DNA from: Alphaproteobacteria bacterium
Lineage (GTDB): Bacteria > Pseudomonadota > Alphaproteobacteria > UBA7887
NCBI GenBank assembly: GCA_965216755.1
Contig: CBDCGL010000011.1
Span: 1,024,001 to 1,088,000, forward strand
DNA length: 64,000 bases
Direction of reading: 5' to 3'
Below the pieces are notes generated by a model. It was not told the origin of the DNA, searched no databases, and saw nothing but the letters and a program-made list of their open reading frames with translations. A program made the translations under genes and the position numbers. The stretch's first letter is position 1. Each line of letters begins with the position of its first letter. Shown piece after piece: positions 19,242 to 28,555 of this stretch.

Positions 19242-20207
19242 ATGACGCGCGGTGATGACAATATCGTTCCCGCCACCGACGATGGGATTGCCCGTGCGGC
19301 CAGGATATTGCGCAATGGCGGCTTGGTCGCGTTTTCAACCGAAACTGTCTACGGCCTTGGCGCGGATGCAACGAACGACAGCGCCGTGGCGCGGATCTTC
19401 GAAGCCAAAGCGCGGCCCCGGTTCAACCCGCTTATCGTCCATGTGGCAAACCGTGACGCGGCCACCGCGCTGGCAGTTTTCAACGAACCGGCCGAGGATT
19501 TGGCGGCGCGGTTTTGGCCGGGTGCGTTGACCATTGTCTTGCCGAAACGCCCGGCTTGTCCCCTGTCAAGACTCGTTTCGGCTGGGCTCAATAGCGTCGC
19601 CGTCCGGTGTCCGCGCCATGCCACAGCCGCCGCATTGCTGCGCGCGACCGGCCGCCCGATCGCCGCACCGAGCGCAAATCGTTCGGGGAAGTTGAGCCCG
19701 ACGACAGCCGCCCATGTTGCGGAAGACCTTGGCACGTCGGTTGACCTTATCCTGGATGGTGGTGCATGCCCGGTCGGGGTCGAGTCGACCGTCATCGATT
19801 TGTCAAACGGTTCGCCGCGCCTGCTGCGTCCAGGGGGTGTAACTGTCGAAGAGATTACCGCGTGCATCGGTTCGCTCGGCAAGCCAACCAAGGGCCCGGT
19901 CAAATCACCAGGTATGCTCAGCCAGCATTATGCTCCCGATATACCGCTACGGCTCAATGCGCATCAGGTGGCGGCAGATGAAGCGCTCCTTGCCTTTGGA
20001 TCCGATATACCGGACGGCGCGGCCGCGACCCGGAATCTAAGCCCCACCGGTGATCTGGTCGAAGCGGCGGCAAATCTTTTTGCCGCTCTACACGACCTTA
20101 ACCGGCGCGATTACGGGGGCATCGCGGTGACGCCGATTCCCAATCGTGGCTTGGGCCGCGCCATCAACGACCGCCTTCGGCGCGCGCAAAGGGGTTCGAA
20201 GTCGTGA
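19242..20207 (+). CDS. sua5: L-threonylcarbamoyladenylate synthase (Sua5 type)
   Basis: TETVYGL, KARPRFNPLIVH, APSANRSG, ESTVID and SPGMLSQHYAP motifs, plus the Sua5 C-terminal domain (GLGRAINDRL). Confidence 0.93.
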   Translation: MTRGDDNIVPATDDGIARAARILRNGGLVAFSTETVYGLGADATNDSAVARIFEAKARPRFNPLIVHVANRDAATALAVFNEPAEDLAARFWPGALTIVLPKRPACPLSRLVSAGLNSVAVRCPRHATAAALLRATGRPIAAPSANRSGKLSPTTAAHVAEDLGTSVDLILDGGACPVGVESTVIDLSNGSPRLLRPGGVTVEEITACIGSLGKPTKGPVKSPGMLSQHYAPDIPLRLNAHQVAADEALLAFGSDIPDGAAATRNLSPTGDLVEAAANLFAALHDLNRRDYGGIAVTPIPNRGLGRAINDRLRRAQRGSKS

Positions 20208-20329
20208 CCGCGCATTGTGGGCCGGGAGGATCGCCGCAACCCTGTCCCCCATCGGTCATACCCCCCCTTGCGGCAACGGCGTCGAACCGGTAAATCGGAA
20301 TATATGAATCGCGCAGTATGGAATAGCCC

Positions 20330-21766
20330 ATGGTAAGTCCCGTCGAGTCGGCACCGGCGATCGAAGACACAATCGCGCGCATTCGGGCCGCGGTCGGCGA
20401 CAAGGCTTGCCTGACCGAGCCAGACGATTTGGCACCATTTCTAATTGATCAGCGCAACCGCTATGTCGGCCGAACGCCGCTTCTAGTCCGTCCAGCAAAC
20501 ACAGACGAAGTGGCCACTGTCGTCCGCATATGCGCCGAAGACCGGGTGTCGATCGTGCCGCAAGCCGGCAACACCAGTATGGTCGGCGGATCCGTGCCCC
20601 ATCCGACCGGTGATGAAATCATCCTGAACCTGTCGCGAATGACCAGGATCCGCGCCATCGACCCACTCAATTACACCATGACTGTCGAGGCTGGCTGTAT
20701 TTTGGCCGACGTCCAGCAAGCAGCAGGCGACGCGGATCGGTTGTTCCCGTTGAGTTTGGCGGCCGAAGGCAGTTGCCGTATCGGTGGCAATCTGGCATCG
20801 AATGCCGGCGGTATCAACGTGCTGAAATACGGCATGGCCCGTGACCTGGTTCTGGGCGTCGAAGCCGTAATGCCTGACGGCCAGATATGGGACGGACTAC
20901 GGGGATTGCGGAAGGACAATACCGGATATGACCTGAAGCAGTTGTTCGTCGGAAGCGAAGGCACGCTGGGTATCATTACGGCAGCGGTCTTGAAGCTGTT
21001 TCCGAAACCGCACGATGTACAAACCGCCATGGTGGCCGTGCGCAATCTCGATGACGTGTTGACGCTTTTGGTACGCGCACGCGAGGCGTCCGGCGACCGC
21101 GTCACGGCATTCGAATGGATTGAACGGATTGGGCTCGACTTCGTCTTCAAACACGTCCCAGGAACGAAGGATCCACTACCGGACATTTATCAGCATTATG
21201 CGCTGATCGAACTCAGTTCGCCTGAAACGGATTCGGATCTTGCCTCGATCATGGAGAACTTTCTTGGTCAGGCGATCGACGACGGTCTGGTGCTGGATGG
21301 TGTCATCGCCGCCAGCACGAGTCAGGCGCAAGACCTATGGAAACTGCGCGAAAGTGTCAGCGAAGCGCAAAAACCCGAAGGCGGTAGCATCAAGCACGAT
21401 ATTTCCGTGCCGGTCAGCCAGGTGCCGACTTTCGTCCGTCGCGGCTGTGCGCTGATTGAAAAAGAGCTGCCGGGCGCGCGTCCTGTGCCGTTCGGACACA
21501 TCGGCGACGGCAATGTACATTTCAACATCAGCCAACCTATCGGCGCGGACAAGGATGCGTTTCTCGCCGAGTGGGATCGAATCAACCACTTGGTTCACGA
21601 CCTCACTCACGAACTTGGCGGCAGTTTCAGCGCCGAGCATGGCGTCGGTCGCATGAAGCGTGATGACCTTGAACGCTACAAGCCGCTGCTTGAAGTTGAA
21701 CTCATGCGGCGCATCAAGGCAGCATTCGACCCCCACAATATTATGAATCCAGGCAAAGTCGTCTGA
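20330..21766 (+). CDS. FAD-linked D-2-hydroxyacid dehydrogenase (D-2-hydroxyglutarate/D-lactate dehydrogenase family)
   Basis: GNLASNAGG, LRKDNTGYDLKQLF.GSEGTLG, GH.GDGNVH and SAEHGVG motifs. Confidence 0.9.
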   Translation: MVSPVESAPAIEDTIARIRAAVGDKACLTEPDDLAPFLIDQRNRYVGRTPLLVRPANTDEVATVVRICAEDRVSIVPQAGNTSMVGGSVPHPTGDEIILNLSRMTRIRAIDPLNYTMTVEAGCILADVQQAAGDADRLFPLSLAAEGSCRIGGNLASNAGGINVLKYGMARDLVLGVEAVMPDGQIWDGLRGLRKDNTGYDLKQLFVGSEGTLGIITAAVLKLFPKPHDVQTAMVAVRNLDDVLTLLVRAREASGDRVTAFEWIERIGLDFVFKHVPGTKDPLPDIYQHYALIELSSPETDSDLASIMENFLGQAIDDGLVLDGVIAASTSQAQDLWKLRESVSEAQKPEGGSIKHDISVPVSQVPTFVRRGCALIEKELPGARPVPFGHIGDGNVHFNISQPIGADKDAFLAEWDRINHLVHDLTHELGGSFSAEHGVGRMKRDDLERYKPLLEVELMRRIKAAFDPHNIMNPGKVV

Positions 21767-21786
21767 CGGCATGGGAGATAAATAGG

Positions 21787-23574
21787 ATGGCAACAGGATA
21801 CGATGCGCCCGTCCAGGATATGCGATTTGTCCTTAATGAACTCATCGATTTGGATCGGTTGTCGGGGGTTGGCGACGCCGACGGGCTCAGCCCGGACCTG
21901 GTCGACCAGATTTTGGATGAGGCGGCGCGTTTTGCGCGCGAGGTGTTGGCGCCACTCAATCAGTCGGGCGACCAACAGGGTGCCCAGCTGGTCAATGGTG
22001 TGGTGCGCATGCCCGACGGCTTCGTCGATTGCTACCGCCAATTTGTCGAGGCCGGATGGAGTTCGGTCGGCGGTGATCCGGAGTTTGGTGGCCAAGGCTT
22101 GCCATGGACCCTTAATGCAGTGCTCAGCGAGATGTGGCAATCCGCCAATATGGCGTTGGCCGACGGCTGGATGCTTACGCAGGGTGCCGTCGAGTTGTTG
22201 GAGTTGCACGGGTCAGACGCGCAGAAGTCCAAATACTTGCCCAAGATGATCTCAGGTGAGTGGGCGGGAACGATGAACTTGACCGAGTCGAATGCGGGTT
22301 CGGATGTCGGGGCTTTGAAGACCAAAGCCGTACGCGACAACGGTGCCTATCGCATCACCGGCACAAAGATTTTCATCACCCATGGCGATCAAGACATGTC
22401 GGAGAACGTGATTCACTTGGTTCTTGCGCGGACACCGGATGCCCCGCCCGGCGTCCGCGGAATCTCGCTGTTCCTGGTGCCGAAGCGGATGGTCAACGAT
22501 GACGGTACTTTGGGCCAGCATAACGATCTGCGCGTTGTCTCCTTGGAGCACAAGATGGGACACAACGCCAGTCCGACAGCCATGATGTCGTATGGCGATG
22601 ATGGTGGTGCCGTCGGCTATTTGATCGGTGAGGAAAACCGCGGCATCGAATGTATGTTCACGATGATGAACAGCGCCCGTCTGAATGTCGCCATACAAGG
22701 TGTTGCCATTGCCGAACGTGCGTATCAAGCGGCGCGCGAATGGGCGCGGGAGCGTGTGCAAGGACGTCCGCTTGCCGCACCCAGCCCGGACATGGTCCCC
22801 ATCATCCAACATCCCGATGTCAGGCGCATGCTACTGGACATGAAAGCACAAACGGAAGCAATACGCGCGCTTTGCTATTCGGTTGCTGAGGCACTTGATT
22901 TGTCGCGCGGGCACAAAGACAAAGGCGTGCGCGAAGCCGCGCGTGGTTATCTGGAATTGATGACACCCGTCGCCAAGGCTTGGTCCACCGATCAAGGCTT
23001 CGAAGTGGCGTCAATCGGTGTTCAGGTTCATGGCGGCATGGGATACATCGAAGAGACTGGCGCGGCACAGCATCTGCGCGATGCCCGCATCACGATGATT
23101 TACGAAGGAACCAACGGTATCCAAGCGCTCGATTTGGTGCGCCGAAAACTTCAGCAGGATGGAGGCGCGGCCGCGGCCCGGTTGATTTCAGATATGCGCA
23201 CGACCGCGCGGTCGCTCGCGGAGAACGGTGCGCCGGAACTGGCCGCCATTTCGAAGATGCTGACACCGGCGATTGATGTCTTGGAATCGACCACCGACTG
23301 GGTCCGTACAACCTTCAAAAGCGATCCGAATGTCGCGGCGGCGGGTGCCACGGCCTATTGCCGTATGCTCGGCTTCGTTGCCGGTGGCTGGCTGCTTGGC
23401 AAAGGCGCGCTGCGCCTCGCAGAACACAGCACCGAAGATCCCTTATTTCGAAATTCAAAACTCCAAACTGCGCAACATTTTGCACAGCAATATTTGCCTC
23501 AGGCTGCTGCACTGCATACGGCCGTGACGAAAAGTCACGAAACTGTCCTGGCCATCGCCGAAGACGCACTGTAG
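21787..23574 (+). CDS. Long-type acyl-CoA dehydrogenase (DmdC/FadE5-like)
   Basis: GTMNLTE, GTKIFIT, EHKMG, HPDVRRML, GGMGYIEE and IYEGTNGIQA motifs; 595 aa. Confidence 0.88.
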   Translation: MATGYDAPVQDMRFVLNELIDLDRLSGVGDADGLSPDLVDQILDEAARFAREVLAPLNQSGDQQGAQLVNGVVRMPDGFVDCYRQFVEAGWSSVGGDPEFGGQGLPWTLNAVLSEMWQSANMALADGWMLTQGAVELLELHGSDAQKSKYLPKMISGEWAGTMNLTESNAGSDVGALKTKAVRDNGAYRITGTKIFITHGDQDMSENVIHLVLARTPDAPPGVRGISLFLVPKRMVNDDGTLGQHNDLRVVSLEHKMGHNASPTAMMSYGDDGGAVGYLIGEENRGIECMFTMMNSARLNVAIQGVAIAERAYQAAREWARERVQGRPLAAPSPDMVPIIQHPDVRRMLLDMKAQTEAIRALCYSVAEALDLSRGHKDKGVREAARGYLELMTPVAKAWSTDQGFEVASIGVQVHGGMGYIEETGAAQHLRDARITMIYEGTNGIQALDLVRRKLQQDGGAAAARLISDMRTTARSLAENGAPELAAISKMLTPAIDVLESTTDWVRTTFKSDPNVAAAGATAYCRMLGFVAGGWLLGKGALRLAEHSTEDPLFRNSKLQTAQHFAQQYLPQAAALHTAVTKSHETVLAIAEDAL

Positions 23575-23669
23575 CATTTGAAACTGGAACGTCTCGACAA
23601 AAAATGCCGATTACAGCTGAATTGCGCTGATCAACAGACTCGCGACAACTTGGGAGCCAGAGCCTCACC

Positions 23670-24956
23670 ATGACAATGAAACACCCAGAAACGATCGTCT
23701 TGCACGCTGGCTATCGCAAAGACGACGCAACGAACGCGGTTGCCGTTCCGATTTATCAAACCACGTCCTATCAGTTCGACAGCGTGGAACACGCCGCCAA
23801 TCTGTTTTCGCTGAAGGAATTGGGCAACATCTACACGCGGATTATGAATCCGACTTGCGCGGTTCTTGAAGAAAGGTTGACGGCATTGGAAGGCGGCGCG
23901 GCGGCGCTGGCCGTATCATCGGGCCAGGCGGCATCGATGATGGCGATCCAAAACATCGCACAGGCCGGTGACAATGTCGTTAGTTCCACGGATCTATACG
24001 GCGGCACTTGGAACTTGTTCGCCAATTCCTTGAAGACGATGGGAATCGAAGTGCGCTTCGTCGATCCCGCGGATCCGGAGGCATTTCGCGCCGCGACTGA
24101 CGACCGCACGCGCGCTTACTACGCCGAAACTTTGCCGAACCCCAAGCTTGAAGTGTTTCCGATTAAGGAAGTGGCCGACATTGGTCGCTCAATCGGCGTC
24201 CCATTGATCATGGACAATACGGCAGCTCACGGTTTGTGCCGGCCGTTCGATCACGGAGCGGCGATCATCGCATCGTCGTGCACGAAGTATATCGGCGGCC
24301 ACGGCAGCTCTATAGGCGGCATCATCATTGACGGCGGCAATTTCGATTGGAAAGCGCACGCGGATCGTTTCCCGATGCTCAATCAGCCGGATCCCAGCTA
24401 TCATGGGGCCGTTTGGGTGGAGGCAACTGCGCCGTTGGGGCCGATAGCCTATATCATCAAGGCACGCGTCACATTGTTGCGTGACTGCGGACAAGCCATG
24501 AGTCCGTTCAACGCATTTCTATTCTTACAAGGCCTAGAAACGCTGCCGCTGCGGATGGCGCGCCATTCCGAGAATGCCAATCAGGTGGCGGAGTTCCTGA
24601 ATGGCCACGAAAAAGTGTCGCGGGTAATTCATCCAAGCCTGATGTCTGGCGAAGCCCGGCGTCGTGCCGACGCCTGCATGAATGGGGGCTATGGTGGCCT
24701 GTGCGGATTCGAACTCAAGGGCGGTCACGAGGCCGGCACGCGGTTCATAGATGCATTGCAGATGTTCTACCATCTCGCCAATATCGGTGACGCGCGCAGC
24801 CTGGCCATACATCCCGCCAGCACAACCCATTCGCAGCTCACGCCGGAAGAGCAGCAAGCAACTGGTGTGACCCCAGGTTACGTGCGTCTGTCGCTGGGGC
24901 TTGAACATATCGAGGATATTTTTGCCGACCTAAGTCAGGCACTTGAAAAAGCGTAA
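23670..24956 (+). CDS. metY: O-acetylhomoserine aminocarboxypropyltransferase (OAH sulfhydrylase)
   Basis: PIYQTTSY, GNIYTRIMNPT, SCTKYIGGHG and HLANIGDARSLAIHPASTTHSQL motifs. Confidence 0.92.
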   Translation: MTMKHPETIVLHAGYRKDDATNAVAVPIYQTTSYQFDSVEHAANLFSLKELGNIYTRIMNPTCAVLEERLTALEGGAAALAVSSGQAASMMAIQNIAQAGDNVVSSTDLYGGTWNLFANSLKTMGIEVRFVDPADPEAFRAATDDRTRAYYAETLPNPKLEVFPIKEVADIGRSIGVPLIMDNTAAHGLCRPFDHGAAIIASSCTKYIGGHGSSIGGIIIDGGNFDWKAHADRFPMLNQPDPSYHGAVWVEATAPLGPIAYIIKARVTLLRDCGQAMSPFNAFLFLQGLETLPLRMARHSENANQVAEFLNGHEKVSRVIHPSLMSGEARRRADACMNGGYGGLCGFELKGGHEAGTRFIDALQMFYHLANIGDARSLAIHPASTTHSQLTPEEQQATGVTPGYVRLSLGLEHIEDIFADLSQALEKA

Positions 24957-26591
24957 TTACGTCGCGCGCAGCGAAGATCTCGGGATACCGTCGCGGTCCG
25001 ATCTCAGCAGGCTTGTGCCACTGATATCTGGCCGCGGCTCTTCGCCAAGCAAGTCGACCAAAGTTGGCACGACATCGAATGCAGAGCGGATCCCACGGTC
25101 TCGCACGTCTAGGCCGGCATTAGACAAATAGGCAAAGCCGAATCGGCCGGTATGCCCCCCGGTTCGACGTAGGGGAACCGGCCCGATGCGTCCATGTTTT
25201 GGATGTTCGAAGGCGGCCGTCGGCGCGTTCCATAGCACAACTAAATCAGCTTCGCTGACACCTAGATTACGTGGATCGTTGCGGGGCGGTCGCTCGATCG
25301 ATTGGACGACGCACTCGCCGGAACACGGGTCCGTGCATCTTCTTAGCAACGCCTCTATCTCATCGCACACATCGTGATAGGCGTTGATCGGCACGCAGCC
25401 ATGTTTCTCGCGCCCGACCAAATTGATGCGAATGCGACCATCATAAAACGACGGTAGGGCAAATGCCGGCATTTTGCGCCAGTAGCTTTGGTAGCGGGTG
25501 GCGGGCATCCACCGCATTGAGTCAGTCTCCAAGGCAGCACGATTGGGCGCGGACAGCCCGACGGTACGCCGCAATTTGGCCGTGGCGCGGCGCATGAAGT
25601 GCCGGGCTTCGGTGCGGTGACTTGTGACCAAATCGGCAACCAGCCAATTGGCCTCGGTGTCCGGAATCACGAGACCTTCATGGGATTGCGCCCAAGACTC
25701 AGGCGTCTTGAGCGCCGCGCATCCGAACGCGTGCCGATAGAGAAGTTCCGGCAAAAGCAACATGCTTTGCACATCCGACCGGTTGGTGCCCATGCCATGA
25801 AGTGCAAAGACCACGACAATCGCATCGGGAAAAGCCTCGACCAACTGACCAATCAGGCCATCGACCGCACGATAAACCGCGCGAACGCCATCTCCGGCCG
25901 ACCTAGCCGACGGCATGTCGTGCAACGGATGCGCCGGATCAATGCCATGCCACAAGCCTTCAATCACCGAGTGGATTTCACTAACAACGACAAGACCCAG
26001 GTCCCAATCGGGGACACGTTCGCCCAGCATCCATTTCGCCAGTCGCGTACGCGCCACCACGCCTTCGACAAGCCCCTCGCCCATGGCACGACAGCGGCCT
26101 GCCGATGGCCACGCGAAACCATAGATCCACGCCTCAGCCGGATAGGCGCCGAAACGTGATTGAATCTCATCCAGCATGCCGTTCGGGCGCGCCATCCGCG
26201 CCGTGCCGGGATCGTGCGCCCCCCATCCGACCACGCCCTGAACCTGTGGCGCCAGCTTCAAGTCGAAGTACGGACAATCGACGACGACCGTACGGGCGCT
26301 CAAAAGTGCCGCGAATGGCGTGGTGCGGGCTGGTTTTAGCCGTGCGACATAGGTACGCGGATCAAAGTCGACCGCCGACCAGCGATTCGCCCGTTCGGGA
26401 CTCAGGCCAGAGGCGACATGTTCCCATGCCAAACCAATCCTTTGTGCGTCGCCATGATCGAGCAGAAAGCGCGCCGCACAATCGCGAACACGCGCCAACG
26501 CTGGCATGTCGCCGGCAGCCATGAGTTCCTCGCCGAGCGAGCGCTCATAGCCGTCCAGACCGATTGCCAGGACGCGTCGCTTCGCCGTCAA
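24957..26591 (-). CDS. Alkaline phosphatase superfamily (nucleotide pyrophosphatase/type I phosphodiesterase-like) protein
   Basis: N-terminal VLAIGLDG, RINLVGRE, RTGGH and DVVPTLVDLLG...ISGTSL motifs. TTG start. Confidence 0.7.
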   Translation of the reverse strand: MTAKRRVLAIGLDGYERSLGEELMAAGDMPALARVRDCAARFLLDHGDAQRIGLAWEHVASGLSPERANRWSAVDFDPRTYVARLKPARTTPFAALLSARTVVVDCPYFDLKLAPQVQGVVGWGAHDPGTARMARPNGMLDEIQSRFGAYPAEAWIYGFAWPSAGRCRAMGEGLVEGVVARTRLAKWMLGERVPDWDLGLVVVSEIHSVIEGLWHGIDPAHPLHDMPSARSAGDGVRAVYRAVDGLIGQLVEAFPDAIVVVFALHGMGTNRSDVQSMLLLPELLYRHAFGCAALKTPESWAQSHEGLVIPDTEANWLVADLVTSHRTEARHFMRRATAKLRRTVGLSAPNRAALETDSMRWMPATRYQSYWRKMPAFALPSFYDGRIRINLVGREKHGCVPINAYHDVCDEIEALLRRCTDPCSGECVVQSIERPPRNDPRNLGVSEADLVVLWNAPTAAFEHPKHGRIGPVPLRRTGGHTGRFGFAYLSNAGLDVRDRGIRSAFDVVPTLVDLLGEEPRPDISGTSLLRSDRDGIPRSSLRAT

Positions 26592-26646
26592 TGCGCGTCA
26601 CCTGTTTGTTGTGTCAATCCGGAATGCCTTGCGAAATAGACTTCAG

Positions 26647-27663
26647 CTAAACTGGGCGGCCCTCGATCTGGTACCCTGGATCATTGTAACCGGGCGTCGA
26701 CGGATGCCCGGGTGCGACAAGACTGTCAATCAACGTTTCGTCCTCGGCGTGCCAATCTTGGACCAACGCGCCAAGATAGTTTTCCATTTGGTCGATCGTT
26801 CGTGGCCCAACGATCGTTGCCGTGACAATCTTGTTGGCAAGCACCCAATTGACGGCGAAATGACCGGGCTGCATGCCGCGCGCGGCGGCATGGGAAACAA
26901 TTTTCTGAGCAATTACCAGGGATTCCTCGCGAAACTCCGTTTGCATCATGCGCGTGTCCTTGCGCCCAGCCCGCGTATCGGCGGCGGGCGCCGCGCCCGG
27001 CGCATATTTTCCGGTCAATACGCCACGCGCCAATGGGCTGTACGGCACGACACCCATGCCGTAGTGTCGACACACCGGCAATATTTCCGTTTCCGGCATG
27101 CGGTTCATGGCATTGTAGTAGGGTTGACTCACAATCGGGTCGTCGACGCCAAGCTGGCGGCACAGCCGAACGACCTCGGCATGCCGCCAAGCACGGAAAT
27201 TGGATAGACCAAAATAACGAATCTTGCCCGCACGAATCGCGTCACCAACGGCGCGGATCGATTCATCCAGCCGAGTCGCCAGATCCTCTCGGTGGAAATA
27301 GAAAATATCGATATAATCCGTACCCAACCTACGCAAACTATTGTCGAGCGAACGAAGAATCCAGCGACGTGTCAGCCCACCTTGATTGGCATCACCGCCG
27401 GGAAACGGCTGCCCGGTCTTGGTCGCCAGCACCCAATCATGACGCTGCGCGCGAATGGCACGGCCTGTGATTTCTTCCGACGCGCCGCGTGCATAGACGT
27501 CGGCGGTATCGATAAAGTTGATCCCGGCGTCTCGGGCCATATCGGTAATACGCTGCGCCGCCGGTTCGTCGGCGCCCGCGCCAAACATCATCGTTCCCAA
27601 ACAAAGCGGCGAGACTCTCAGGCCGCTACGGCCAAGATTGCGGAGCTTCATGGATCCGCTCAT
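26647..27663 (-). CDS. Aldo/keto reductase
   Basis: LCLGTMMFG, DTADVY, LATK, SLRRLGTDYID and YSPLARG motifs. Confidence 0.92.
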   Translation of the reverse strand: MSGSMKLRNLGRSGLRVSPLCLGTMMFGAGADEPAAQRITDMARDAGINFIDTADVYARGASEEITGRAIRAQRHDWVLATKTGQPFPGGDANQGGLTRRWILRSLDNSLRRLGTDYIDIFYFHREDLATRLDESIRAVGDAIRAGKIRYFGLSNFRAWRHAEVVRLCRQLGVDDPIVSQPYYNAMNRMPETEILPVCRHYGMGVVPYSPLARGVLTGKYAPGAAPAADTRAGRKDTRMMQTEFREESLVIAQKIVSHAAARGMQPGHFAVNWVLANKIVTATIVGPRTIDQMENYLGALVQDWHAEDETLIDSLVAPGHPSTPGYNDPGYQIEGRPV

Positions 27664-28502
27664 GCAAACACCACATCGGCGGTCATCGCGACAGACCCCG
27701 CCGGATCGACCGCCCAAAGGGCACAACCTTCGGCGGTTGGTGTTCCCGCCACGTCAAACGGGGCATCCGCGAACAACGGACGCCTGGCCCGATACGTGAT
27801 GGACCCAACCCGCGCGTCAGGCATTTCTCGATGCAACAGCTCGGCCAGCAATGTCGCAGTTAGCGGACCATGCACGATCAAGCCGGGATAGCCCTCGGTG
27901 TCCGTCACATACGGGTAATCATAGTGTATGCGATGGCCATTGAAGGTCAGCGCCGAATAGCGAAACAAGAACACGGGGTCCGGTGTAATCCTCCGTCGCC
28001 ACTCCGCCTCTCGAGCCGGCGGATCAGTGGGCGGGGCCGGCGCGTCGGCGCGCGCGGCCTCGCGATAGACAATGTCATGCCACTCCTCCAACGCCAGTCC
28101 GTCTGGACCATGGTAGGCATGCTTGACGGTCACGACGGCCAGAGCACCGCTACGACCCGCGCGTTGTTTAATCGATTCGATCTCGGAAACGCGCCGTGCC
28201 TCGGCCCCGATAGGCAACGATTTATGAAATACCAATCGATTGCCGCCCCACATACGCCGCGGCAACGGCACTGGCGGAAGGAAACCACCGCGTTTCGCGT
28301 GGCCATCCGCCGCCAAATCCGCCTCTGGTGTGATCTCGACAAAATAGAGCCAGTGCCACGCCGGCGGTAGCGGATCGCCCGCGGCCGGAAAAGTCGTGCG
28401 ATCGAGCGTCGCCGCCAGCGCCGCGGCCGGAAAAGCGGTGATCGCGTCGGACCTTTCCTCGCGCCGGCCGATCCAATCGTCCAAGTTTGGCACGTCGCTC
28501 AC
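27660..28502 (-). CDS. Double hot-dog acyl-CoA hydratase (itaconyl-CoA hydratase/mesaconyl-C4-CoA hydratase/Htd2-like)
   Basis: LPPAWHWLYF, DGH..RGGFLPPV.LPRRMW and LFRYSALTFNGHRIHYD..Y....EGYPGLIVHGPL motifs. GTG start after RBS ggaga. Confidence 0.85.
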   Translation of the reverse strand: MSDVPNLDDWIGRREERSDAITAFPAAALAATLDRTTFPAAGDPLPPAWHWLYFVEITPEADLAADGHAKRGGFLPPVPLPRRMWGGNRLVFHKSLPIGAEARRVSEIESIKQRAGRSGALAVVTVKHAYHGPDGLALEEWHDIVYREAARADAPAPPTDPPAREAEWRRRITPDPVFLFRYSALTFNGHRIHYDYPYVTDTEGYPGLIVHGPLTATLLAELLHREMPDARVGSITYRARRPLFADAPFDVAGTPTAEGCALWAVDPAGSVAMTADVVFA

Positions 28503-28555
28503 GGCATATCTCCTTAGTTTGGACATTGGCCGAAGACTCACCGACGGGCCAAATA

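Noticed and set aside
23575-23669. Possible SAM riboswitch upstream of metY
   Set aside because: I could not find the SAM-II/SAM-V or SAM-SAH signatures by eye. An Rfam cmscan would be needed to exclude one fully.
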